Position numbers and translations under genes: made by a program. A DNA stretch of 21,910 nt, taken from the IMG/VR virus record IMGVR_UViG_2579778884_000002; one strand, written 5' to 3'. The stretch is from a virus. Its lineage: Duplodnaviria; Heunggongvirae; Uroviricota; Caudoviricetes. Of this stretch, positions 1-6,838 are shown in pieces. Position 1 is the first letter of the stretch, and every line of letters starts with the position of its first letter. The notes below the pieces were generated by a model that searched no databases, was not told the DNA's origin, and saw only the letters and a list, made by a program, of their open reading frames with translations.

Positions 1-451
1 AGAGCGTCTTGCCGTCAGGCAGCAGCGAAGCAAAGTGTTACTGACGTCGCTGCATGAATGGATGGTGGAGAAGAATGGTACGCTGTCGAAAAAATCCAGA
101 CTGGGCGAAGCGTTCAGCTATGTACTGAATCAGTGGGATGCCCTCTGTTATTACAGTGATGACGGTCTGGCGGAGGCGGATAATAATGCTGCGGAAAGAG
201 CGCTTCGTGCAGTCTGTCTCGGAAAGAAAAACTTTATGTTCTTTGGCAGCGATCACGGCGGCGAGCGTGGAGCACTGTTGTACGGGCTGATCGGCACCTG
301 CCGTCTGAACGGTATCGATCCGGAAGCGTATCTGCGCCATATCCTGAGCGTACTGCCGGAATGGCCTTCCAACCGAGTTGACGAACTCCTGCCATGGAAC
401 GTAGTACTCACCAATAAATAAGCGTCAATACGGTGCTCCGTTGACGCTTAC
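1..451 (+). mobile_element. IS66-family insertion sequence, 3' portion (transposase C-terminus plus terminal inverted repeat); element continues upstream of the window
   Basis: Open frame from base 2 to 421 (ORF track 35..421) has the conserved IS66 transposase C-terminal region (LGKKNFMFFGSDHGGERGALLYGLIGTCRLNGIDPEAYLRHILSVLPEWP). Bases 421-451 read on the minus strand give GTAAGCGTCAACGGAGCACCGTATTGACGCT, beginning with the GTAAGCG typical of IS66-family terminal repeats. Confidence 0.8.
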
Positions 452-1005
452 CCTTTATCAAAGGTTTTGTCACCATTTGTAGTTCCCATCATCTGGGCAA
501 GCCATCCACCGGCAGAGTCACCCAGAACTCCGATTCTTTGAGGATCAATCCCATAATTGCTGGCATGCTCTCTCAGGTAACGTATTGCAGCTTTTCCATC
601 CTCAACTGGTGCTGGAAATGTATCAGGAATTGTTCTGTATTCTACAGCGGCCACAACAAAACCAGCTTCTGCCAGAGCCATTCTCATTTCAATAAATTTG
701 TCATGTTCAGAAGACATGAATCCGCCGCCGGGATAATAAATAATGGCTGGTTTTAAATCATTTGTTCGCGGGACAAGAACTGACATGTGAAGCTGTCTGA
801 CAGAACGAGTTCCTTTTATCTGGGAATAAACAACATCACCAATGAGATCGACCTGGTTTCTGGTCGGTGAAACACTAATGATATCTGCACCCGGGGTGTA
901 ACCAGGAAGATTAGTCTGGACAGGTGTTGCACAACTCCCGACCGACATGGCCATTGACATACCATACAATAGTGTTGCAGATGATAATATCTTGTTAATT
1001 TTCAT
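448..1005 (-). pseudogene. alpha/beta-hydrolase (esterase/lipase, HGGG-type) with N-terminal signal peptide, 3'-truncated by the IS66 insertion
   Basis: 185-aa ORF with oxyanion-hole motif YPGGGF and nucleophile elbow GDSAGG but no downstream Asp/His of the catalytic triad. The reading frame runs into the IS terminal repeat and its stop codon (448-450) lies inside the IS end. N-terminus MKINKILSSATLLYGMSMAMSVGSC looks like a signal or lipoprotein peptide. Confidence 0.6.
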
Positions 1006-1452
1006 GTTTTACATGCCTTGACTTATCGGATGAAATTCTCTTACTAAATTTAACGGCAGTTTAATAGCCGTACAACTCGTGGTAGCCAGGGAAATATCCC
1101 AGTCGTGGTTAAGGTTGTACTTGACGGCTATTATTTCAACAATGCTTAAAGTGAGAGCTTAAGGTTATGCGTATGTTTTACAGTCCGAGTAGATTCTGAC
1201 CAATAGCTTCTTTGTATAATTCTGTCAGAAATAAATCTTGGCTTGCATGAAGTTTGAGACCTTATCTTGTTTGATTATGAATAATCAATTCGCCATAATT
1301 GTATCACCGGAGCCTGAACAACTCCGGTGACTTCTGCGCTAAACGGGGACGTTTATGCGCACACACAATCCAAACTCTCTTCTCCCTTCACAGATGCAGA
1401 AATGCACCTGCGTTTTTTTGCATCTAGCGTCTGACCTCTGTGGAGGTGAAGC

Positions 1453-1908
1453 GTGAACCTACCACAAGATGGCATCAAACTGCATCGCGGTAACTTCATC
1501 GCTATCGGCCAGCAGATCCAGCCTTATCTGGAGAACGGAAAATGCTTTCGCATGGTGCTTAAACCGTGGCGTGAGAAACGCAGTCTTTCCCAGAATGCAC
1601 TCAGCCACATGTGGTACAGCGAAATCAGTGAATACCTCATCAGCAGGGGGAAATCGTTCGCTACCGCAGCATGGGTAAAAGATGCTCTCAAACACACATA
1701 CCTCGGTTATGAAACCAAGGACCTGGTTGATGTCGTAACCGGCGAAATCACTACTATCCAGTCGTTACGCCATACCTCCGATCTCGATACCGGAGAGATG
1801 TATGTCTTCCTGTGTAAGGTTGAAGCCTGGGCGGTGAATATTGGCTGCCACCTGACTATTCCGCAGAGCTGCGAGTTCCAGCTGCTGCGCGACAAGCAGG
1901 AGGCGTAA
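1453..1908 (+). CDS. ybcN: NinB/YbcN-family protein (DLP12 YbcN-like, DNA base-flipping/recombination-associated)
   Basis: 151-aa ORF, GTG start preceded by GGAGG at 1443-1447. Sequence matches my recollection of E. coli DLP12 YbcN almost residue for residue. Gene order ybcN-ninE-ybcO-rusA is conserved. Confidence 0.85.
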   Translation: MNLPQDGIKLHRGNFIAIGQQIQPYLENGKCFRMVLKPWREKRSLSQNALSHMWYSEISEYLISRGKSFATAAWVKDALKHTYLGYETKDLVDVVTGEITTIQSLRHTSDLDTGEMYVFLCKVEAWAVNIGCHLTIPQSCEFQLLRDKQEA

Positions 1909-2078
1909 TGGCTACACCGCTTATTCGTGTCATGAACGGACACATCTACAGAGTACCAAATCGTCGTAAGCGTAAGCCTGAGCTGAAACCATCCGAAATA
2001 CCAACACTGCTCGGATATACCGCCAGCCTGGTTGATAAAAAATGGTTGCGACTGGCAGCAAGGAGGAATCATGGCTGA
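1908..2078 (+). CDS. ninE: NinE-family protein
   Basis: 56-aa ORF found by manual translation (below the ORF-track size cutoff). Start ATG overlaps the ybcN stop (TAATG). Basic, short, WLRLAARR C-terminal region like lambda/DLP12 NinE. Confidence 0.7.
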   Translation: MATPLIRVMNGHIYRVPNRRKRKPELKPSEIPTLLGYTASLVDKKWLRLAARRNHG

Positions 2079-2361
2079 CTTGAGAAAAGCAGCGCGTGGT
2101 CGGGAATGCCAGGTAAGAATCCCTGGCGTATGTAATGGCAATCCTGAAACGTCAGTACTGGCACATATCCGGCTGGCTGGATTGTGCGGTACCGGTATCA
2201 AACCGCCAGACCTGATTGCCACCATTGCATGTTCTGCCTGCCACGACGAAATCGACCGTCGCACGCATTTTGTTGACGCTGGATATGCAAAAGAATGTGC
2301 GCTGGAAGGTATGGCGAGAACACAGGTTATCTGGCTGAAAGAGGGGGTAATTAAGGCGTGA
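2071..2361 (+). CDS. ybcO: YbcO-family putative nuclease (DUF1364-type)
   Basis: 96-aa product from the ATG at 2071 ([34 protein letters not shown]...), matching recalled DLP12 YbcO. Cys-rich motif CQVRIPGVC...CSACHDE. The ORF-track start at 2032 is an upstream extension overlapping ninE. Confidence 0.85.
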   Translation: MADLRKAARGRECQVRIPGVCNGNPETSVLAHIRLAGLCGTGIKPPDLIATIACSACHDEIDRRTHFVDAGYAKECALEGMARTQVIWLKEGVIKA

Positions 2362-2720
2362 ATACTTACTGCATCACACTACCCTGGCCGCCGAGCAATA
2401 ATCGCTATTACCGCCATAATCGCGGACGCACGCATATCAGCGCAGAGGGGCAGGCATACCGCGATAATGTCGCCCGAATCATTAAAAACGCAATGCTGGA
2501 TATCGGCCTGGCTATTCCTGTGAAAATCAGCATTGAGTGCCACATGCCGGATCGCCGTCGCCGTGACCTTGATAATCTGCAAAAGGCCGCTTTTGACGCA
2601 CTCACCAAAGCAGGTTTCTGGCTGGATGATGCTCAGGTCGTTGATTACCGCGTTGTGAAGATGCCCGTTACCAAAGGTGGGAAGCTGGAGCTGACTATCA
2701 CTGAACTGGGAGATGAATGA
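2358..2720 (+). CDS. rusA: Holliday junction resolvase RusA (crossover junction endodeoxyribonuclease)
   Basis: 120-aa ORF, GTG start overlapping the ybcO stop (GTGA). Sequence matches recalled DLP12 RusA, including acidic catalytic residues (DLDN, DD). Confidence 0.9.
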   Translation: MNTYCITLPWPPSNNRYYRHNRGRTHISAEGQAYRDNVARIIKNAMLDIGLAIPVKISIECHMPDRRRRDLDNLQKAAFDALTKAGFWLDDAQVVDYRVVKMPVTKGGKLELTITELGDE

Positions 2721-2857
2721 TGTTTGAGTCTTATATGGCAGAACGTCTTCGCCGCCGCTGGGTGCGCCTGCGCTTATATCGTTTTCCTAGTTCTGTTTTG
2801 ACCGATTACCGGATACTGAAGAATTACGCCAAAACACTGAAAGGAGCTGCCGCATGA
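2717..2857 (+). CDS. ylcG: YlcG-family small protein
   Basis: 46-aa ORF found by manual translation ([46 protein letters not shown]). ATG overlaps the rusA stop (ATGA). Matches recalled DLP12 YlcG, which follows rusA. Confidence 0.65.
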   Translation: MMFESYMAERLRRRWVRLRLYRFPSSVLTDYRILKNYAKTLKGAAA

Positions 2858-3543
2858 ATACCCAATATTTACAGTATGTCCGCGAGCAACTCATTGTGGC
2901 TACCGCTGATTTGAGCGGAGCAACGAAAGGACAGCTTGAAGCCTGGCTGGAGCATGCACAATTTGATACTGGTACATACAAACGAAAGAAGCCGCGCATT
3001 CTGGATGAGGTAACTGGCAGGATGATTACGCTGGATAATCCGCCGATTTCCGGTAAGCAGTTGTACGCAAAAGGTTCATCCATTGCACTGGTCAGCCAGG
3101 TTGAGTTCTCAACCTCGTCATGGCGCCGCGCGGTTCTGTCTCTCGAAGAACATCAGAAAGCGTGGTTGCTGTGGAGTTACAGCGAAAGTGTTCGCTGGGA
3201 ACATCAGGTCACCATAACGCAGTGGGCATGGAGCGAGTTTAAGACTCTGTTGGGTACCAGGAAAATTGCAGGTAAAACACTGGAACGTTTGAAGAAGTTG
3301 ATCTGGCTGGCGGCACAGGATGTGAAGAACGAGCTGGCAGGGCGTAAGACCTATGAATACCAGGAGCTGGCATCACTGGTGGGAGTGACATCAAAAAACT
3401 GGTCTGAGACATTTACTGAACGCTGGGTTGCAATGAAGCACATTTTTCTACAGCTTGATAGCCAAGCTTTATTGCTTTTAACGAAAACACGTTCAAAACA
3501 AAAGACCATATTTTCACAGCAAGATATTGCAAAACTGGATTAA
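2854..3543 (+). CDS. Putative late-gene antiterminator (Q-position protein), family uncertain
   Basis: 229-aa ORF whose start overlaps the ylcG stop (ATGA). It sits between the nin module and the late promoter/lysis cassette, where lambdoid phages encode Q. It has no cysteine (so no lambda-Q-type zinc finger), is Trp-rich, and does not resemble the lambda or phage 21 Q sequences I recall. Confidence 0.5.
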   Translation: MNTQYLQYVREQLIVATADLSGATKGQLEAWLEHAQFDTGTYKRKKPRILDEVTGRMITLDNPPISGKQLYAKGSSIALVSQVEFSTSSWRRAVLSLEEHQKAWLLWSYSESVRWEHQVTITQWAWSEFKTLLGTRKIAGKTLERLKKLIWLAAQDVKNELAGRKTYEYQELASLVGVTSKNWSETFTERWVAMKHIFLQLDSQALLLLTKTRSKQKTIFSQQDIAKLD

Positions 3544-3573
3544 AAATCATATATTTTATGTAAATCTGATATT

Positions 3574-3602
3574 TTGCCAATGTTGTACGCACTGGCAGTA
3601 AT
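3574..3602 (+). promoter_or_regulatory. Candidate late promoter (pR'-like): TTGCCA -17 bp- AGTAAT
   Basis: Good -35 hexamer TTGCCA (3574-3579), 17-bp spacer, weak -10 AGTAAT (3597-3602). Located just downstream of the Q-position gene and upstream of terminator hairpins and the holin gene. Confidence 0.3.
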
Positions 3603-3610
3603 CCAAATTC

Positions 3611-3647
3611 AAGCCCGAGGTTTAAAGCCTTGGGCTTTTCTGTTTCT
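3611..3647 (+). terminator. Intrinsic terminator-like hairpin (candidate pause/termination element of the late leader)
   Basis: aaGCCCGAGG-tttaaag-CCTTGGGCtt stem (8-10 bp, one G-U pair) followed by TTTTCTGTTTCT. Confidence 0.45.
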
Positions 3648-3724
3648 GAACGGTGAGTAGCCTTCCAACCTACCCCAGCCAGGGTGTCTTCAGCTGTTGA
3701 GTTGATATTGCTTAACCCTCTGTT

Positions 3725-3750
3725 GCCAGCTACATGCTGGCTTTTTTATT
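3725..3750 (+). terminator. Intrinsic terminator (tR'-like)
   Basis: GCCAGC-tacat-GCTGGC perfect 6-bp stem followed by TTTTTTATT. Lies between the candidate late promoter and the holin gene. Confidence 0.5.
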
Positions 3751-3864
3751 CCAGGCTTGCGGGGAGCATCAACTCCGTGCTTTGTCGTTAAATTACCCCG
3801 TGAGCCTGATTTCTGACATTTAACGTCCCGGCCTTTTGTCGGCGGCGAAACATTGGCTATTCAT

Positions 3865-4170
3865 ATGCACGAAAAAGAGAGCCTTGCCGGAGCGTTCTGG
3901 CTCGTTTTGCTGATCATCGCAGGTTGGGGCGGTCTGGTCCGCTACCTGATAGATGTGAAGCAGAGTAAAGCAACGTGGAGTTGGATAAATGCTCTGGCTC
4001 AAATAGTGGTATCAGGATTCACCGGTGTTATTGGTGGCCTGATCAGCATCGAAAGTGGATTCAGTATTTACATGATTCTCGCGACAGCGGGGATTAGTGG
4101 TGCGATGGGTTCGGTTGCACTGACGTACTTCTGGGAACGACTGACAGGGGTGAAAAATGCAAAATCTTAA
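3865..4170 (+). CDS. Holin, class I (three predicted transmembrane segments), non-lambda-S type
   Basis: 101-aa product from the ATG at 3865 with three hydrophobic stretches (LAGAFWLVLLIIAGWGGLV, WINALAQIVVSGFTGVIGGLI, FSIYMILATAGISGAMGSVALTYF) and a charged C-terminus. Immediately upstream of and overlapping the endolysin gene. The ORF-track start at 3853 is a TTG four codons upstream. Confidence 0.8.
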   Translation: MHEKESLAGAFWLVLLIIAGWGGLVRYLIDVKQSKATWSWINALAQIVVSGFTGVIGGLISIESGFSIYMILATAGISGAMGSVALTYFWERLTGVKNAKS

Positions 4171-4633
4171 TCCTCAGCGTAAAGCCTTCCTCGATATGTT
4201 GGCGTGGTCAGAAGGAACGGATAACGGGCGACAACCGACACGTAACCACGGTTATGATGTTATTGTTGGCGGCGAACTGTTTACTGATTACTCCGATCAC
4301 CCTCGCAAACTTGTCACGCTACACCCCAAACTCAAATCAACAGCCGCCGGACGTTATCAGCTTCTTTCACGCTGGTGGGATGCTTACCGTAAACAGCTTG
4401 GTTTGAAAGACTTCTCCCCCAAAAGCCAGGACGCAGTGGCATTACAGCAGATTAAAGAGCGTGGTGCTTTACCGATGATTGATCGCGGTGATATCCGTCA
4501 GGCAATCGACCGTTGCAGCAATATCTGGGCTTCACTGCCGGGCGCTGGTTATGGTCAGTTCGAGCATAAGGCTGACAGCCTGATTGCAAAATTCAAAGAA
4601 GCTGGCGGAACGCTCAGAGAGAGTGAGGTATGA
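4157..4633 (+). CDS. R: Endolysin R (lytic transglycosylase, lambda R type)
   Basis: 158 aa. From residue 7 onward it matches the lambda R sequence as I recall it ([20 protein letters not shown]...), with the catalytic Glu in WSEGTD. The N-terminal 6 residues differ from lambda. Confidence 0.95.
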   Translation: MQNLNPQRKAFLDMLAWSEGTDNGRQPTRNHGYDVIVGGELFTDYSDHPRKLVTLHPKLKSTAAGRYQLLSRWWDAYRKQLGLKDFSPKSQDAVALQQIKERGALPMIDRGDIRQAIDRCSNIWASLPGAGYGQFEHKADSLIAKFKEAGGTLRESEV

Positions 4634-5091
4634 GCAGAATAACCGCGATTATCTCCGCTCTGGTTATCTGCGTCATCGTCTGCCTTTCATGGGCGGTTAA
4701 TCATTACCGCGATAACGCGATTACCTACAAAGCCCAGCGCGACAAAAATGCCAGAGAACTGACGCTGGCGAACGCGGCAATTACTGACATACAGATGCGT
4801 CAGCGTGATGTTGCTGCGCTCGATGCAAAATACACGAAGGAGTTAGCTGATGCGAAAGCTGAAAATGATGCTCTGCGTGATGATGTTGCCGCTGGTCGTC
4901 GTCGGTTGCACATCAAAGCAGTCTGTCAGTCAGTGCGTGAAGCCACCACCGCCTCCGGCGTGGATAATGCAGCCTCCCCCCGACTGGCAGACACCGCTGA
5001 ACGGGATTATTTCACCCTCAGAGAGAGGCTGATCACTATGCAAAAACAACTGGAAGGAACCCAGAAGTATATTAATGAGCAGTGCAGATAG
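4630..5091 (+). CDS. Rz: Inner-membrane spanin Rz (i-spanin)
   Basis: 153 aa with an N-terminal TMD ([20 protein letters not shown]) and a coiled-coil periplasmic domain. Matches recalled lambda Rz. Start overlaps the R stop. Confidence 0.95.
   Translation: MSRITAIISALVICVIVCLSWAVNHYRDNAITYKAQRDKNARELTLANAAITDIQMRQRDVAALDAKYTKELADAKAENDALRDDVAAGRRRLHIKAVCQSVREATTASGVDNAASPRLADTAERDYFTLRERLITMQKQLEGTQKYINEQCR
4850..5032 (+). CDS. Rz1: Outer-membrane lipoprotein spanin Rz1 (o-spanin), embedded in the +1 frame of Rz
   Basis: 60-aa ORF entirely inside Rz. Lipoprotein signal [20 protein letters not shown] and proline-rich [15 protein letters not shown]. Matches recalled lambda Rz1. Confidence 0.95.
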   Translation: MRKLKMMLCVMMLPLVVVGCTSKQSVSQCVKPPPPPAWIMQPPPDWQTPLNGIISPSERG

Positions 5092-5095
5092 AGCT

Positions 5096-5111
5096 GCCCA
5101 TATCGATGGGC
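5096..5111. terminator. Hairpin between the convergent Rz and bor genes (possible bidirectional terminator)
   Basis: GCCCAT-atcg-ATGGGC perfect 6-bp inverted repeat between the Rz stop (5091) and the bor stop (5123). No strong U-tract on either strand. Confidence 0.3.
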
Positions 5112-5122
5112 AACTCATGCAA

Positions 5123-5416
5123 TTATTGTGAGCAATACACACGCGCTTCCAGCGGAGTATAAATGCCTAAAGTAATAAAACCGAGAAATCCATTTACGAA
5201 TGTTTGCTGGGTTTCTGTTTTAACAACATTTTCTGCGCCGCCACAAATTTTGGCTGCATCAACAGTTTTCTCCTGTCCAATTCCCGAAACGAAGAAATGA
5301 TGGGTGATGGTTTCCTTTGGTGTTACTGCTGTCGGTTTGTTTCCAACAGTAAACGTCTGTTGAGCACATCCTGTAATAAGCATTGCCAGAGCGGCAGAAA
5401 ACAACATTTTTTTCAT
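5123..5416 (-). CDS. bor: Bor outer-membrane lipoprotein (serum-resistance lysogenic-conversion factor)
   Basis: 97-aa product from the internal ATG at 5416 (MKKMLFSAALAMLITGCAQQTFTV...), matching recalled lambda Bor with lipobox LITGC. The longer ORF-track version (to 5464) adds 16 N-terminal residues. Confidence 0.95.
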   Translation of the reverse strand: MKKMLFSAALAMLITGCAQQTFTVGNKPTAVTPKETITHHFFVSGIGQEKTVDAAKICGGAENVVKTETQQTFVNGFLGFITLGIYTPLEARVYCSQ

Positions 5417-5896
5417 CTTATTATCCTGCATTGTTAAAAACGGCAGAATCCTATGTGACAACAATTAAACGATAGTTAAATGGATTGATGAAAATTAAAA
5501 CTACACAGGTGGGCTCAGACTATTGGAGGAAGTTGGGGACACTCAGAATCCTGTGGAATGAAATAAACCGGTCTATCCGTCCATTACCCTTTTAGCTGCG
5601 CTGTATCGTCGCCGTATTCCCGCATTAACCATGACCGTAGCCCGACGGGGAATTCCTTCTGCGTGAGTGTGCGGGAATAATTAAAAACGATGCACACCGG
5701 GTTTTTACCGCGTTAATGATTCGCGGGTTTATCCCGGTGCGATGGTGGAAGAAACAGGAAGCTGTATTACAGAAAGTGCTACTACTGTATCCCGATGCGA
5801 TGTATGTAATGTGAGTCAGATAATGGCACAGGATGTGGTGATGTGGCAGTCTGGAACACAGGATATATTGTCAGAATAAGACCCGTAGGAATAAAA

Positions 5897-6223
5897 ATGA
5901 AAAGACGCCTTTTACTACTTTTTCTGTTATCTGTCCTGGCAGTGGGATGCTCGCAGCAAAAAGCTGATGAGCCCCGGCAATTAGTGACGGTGTATCCACG
6001 ATATCCGGAATATGCTGCAGCAAATTATATCAAGGGGCTGGTTGAGGTTAAGTTCGATATTGGTGCTGATGGGACTGTGACACGGATCGTTTTTCTCCGC
6101 TCAGAGCCTCATAATTTGTTTCGTGATGAAGTGGTGAAGGCCATGGCGAAATGGCGATTTGAAAAGAATCGCCCCTGTCAGGGAGTGAAGAGACAATTTA
6201 TCTTTACGCCGTCACGTCCTTGA
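5897..6223 (+). CDS. Lipoprotein consisting of a TonB C-terminal domain (TonB_C-like accessory gene)
   Basis: 108-aa product from the ATG at 5897 (AGGA 6 nt upstream). Signal peptide with lipobox MKRRLLLLFLLSVLAVGC. The mature part aligns with the E. coli TonB C-terminal domain: YPRYPEYAAANYIKGLVEVKFDIGADGTV...EPHNLFRDEVVKAMAKWRFE versus TonB YPARAQALRIEGQVKVKFDVTPDGRV...KPANMFEREVKNAMRRWRYE. No proline-rich spacer and no N-terminal TonB membrane anchor. Confidence 0.75.
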   Translation: MKRRLLLLFLLSVLAVGCSQQKADEPRQLVTVYPRYPEYAAANYIKGLVEVKFDIGADGTVTRIVFLRSEPHNLFRDEVVKAMAKWRFEKNRPCQGVKRQFIFTPSRP

Positions 6224-6315
6224 TGCTTCCAGGTAGAGAGGGGCTGGAAGCAGGAGAAAAATGAAAGAGCCAGCGGTTATATTTTTGTCATGGCTGACGA
6301 GGAATGATGGAAGAA

Positions 6316-6338
6316 GGCGTTGTATGCCACACAACGCC
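6316..6338 (-). terminator. Hairpin immediately downstream of the minus-strand small ORF (candidate terminator)
   Basis: GGCGTTGT-atgccac-ACAACGCC perfect 8-bp stem. On the minus strand it is followed by UUCUUCC. Sits 8 nt past the stop of the 6346..6525 ORF. Confidence 0.4.
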
Positions 6339-6345
6339 TCACTGT

Positions 6346-6525
6346 TCATTTCTTCTTTTTCTCTGGTGGAACCCGATGAATAAGAGTTGCACTGGTTTCC
6401 GATGAGATGGCGATATACTCGGGCAAAGTATGCTGGCAGTTTTCCAACTGGTCAAAAATACCTGCTCTCGTCTGTTGCAATGCCTGCAGCATGCGGCGGC
6501 AATGCGCCTTGCTTTTACTAACCAT
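6346..6525 (-). CDS. Hypothetical small basic protein (59 aa)
   Basis: Internal ATG at 6525 preceded by GAGGAAGGAAAG (SD-like), giving MVSKSKAHCRRMLQALQQTRAGIFDQLENCQHTLPEYIAISSETSATLIHRVPPEKKKK. Followed by the hairpin at 6316-6338. No family recognised. The longer ORF-track version (to 6699) overlaps the upstream ORF. Confidence 0.3.
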   Translation of the reverse strand: MVSKSKAHCRRMLQALQQTRAGIFDQLENCQHTLPEYIAISSETSATLIHRVPPEKKKK

Positions 6526-6586
6526 CTTTCCTTCCTCTATCAGTCGCTGCGTGAACTCATCATGGAATACCAGGTAAATGCGGATG

Positions 6587-6838
6587 TTATCGGTTTTGGC
6601 TACGCAGCATAGTACAAAACGGACAGGTGCATCCCGGGACGGGGGAGGCGTCACATGTCCCTGTGATGGTTGTTCCGGGTAATGTACTGTGTGGGGCATA
6701 AAAATGTCCGATAATTTTACTTTCTACCGCAGTTAGTTGATTCGTTGGTCCTGGTAGCACATTGGGCGAGGATTTAAATGCCAGGCAACTGAAGGATGAT
6801 GTCGCAAGGGAGATAGCGAGAATATTTCTGATTTTCAT
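6587..6838 (-). CDS. Hypothetical small secreted Cys-containing protein (83 aa)
   Basis: ATG at 6838 with GAGG 9 nt upstream. N-terminal signal-peptide-like MKIRNILAISLATSSFSCLA. C-terminal CDASPVPGCTCPFC cysteine cluster. No family recognised. Confidence 0.3.
   Translation of the reverse strand: MKIRNILAISLATSSFSCLAFKSSPNVLPGPTNQLTAVESKIIGHFYAPHSTLPGTTITGTCDASPVPGCTCPFCTMLRSQNR

Noticed and set aside
1459-1695. ORFs overlapping ybcN on both strands (78 aa minus strand, 69 aa plus strand).
   Set aside because: They lie fully inside the confidently identified ybcN gene and have no independent support.
3640-3860. Possible tRNA gene between the Q-position gene and the holin, as seen in some lambdoid phages.
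   Set aside because: No cloverleaf-compatible sequence or T-loop (GTTCGAATC-type) motif was visible. The region is better explained by promoter and terminator hairpins. tRNAscan-SE would settle it.
3853-3864. TTG start four codons upstream of the holin ATG, giving a possible dual-start holin/antiholin pair like lambda S107/S105.
   Set aside because: The added residues (MAIH) carry only a weakly basic His rather than the Lys/Arg typical of antiholin extensions, and TTG lacks a clear ribosome-binding site. Reported only as a note.
5843-5896. N-terminal extension of the TonB-like ORF from a GTG at 5843.
   Set aside because: The ATG at 5897 has a proper AGGA ribosome-binding site and starts a canonical lipoprotein signal peptide. 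The upstream extension would bury the signal peptide.
5464-5896. Retron-like msr/msd non-coding RNA suggested by the nested inverted repeats.
   Set aside because: No reverse transcriptase gene is adjacent and the repeat geometry is not the a1/a2 plus conserved-G arrangement. Kept only as a generic structured or operator element.
6261-6380. 39-aa plus-strand ORF with an AGGAG Shine-Dalgarno 4 nt upstream (MKEPAVIFLSWLTRNDGRRRC...).
   Set aside because: It is short, contains the 6316-6338 hairpin inside the frame, and overlaps the minus-strand ORF region. It cannot be supported without expression or conservation data, though the Shine-Dalgarno is good.
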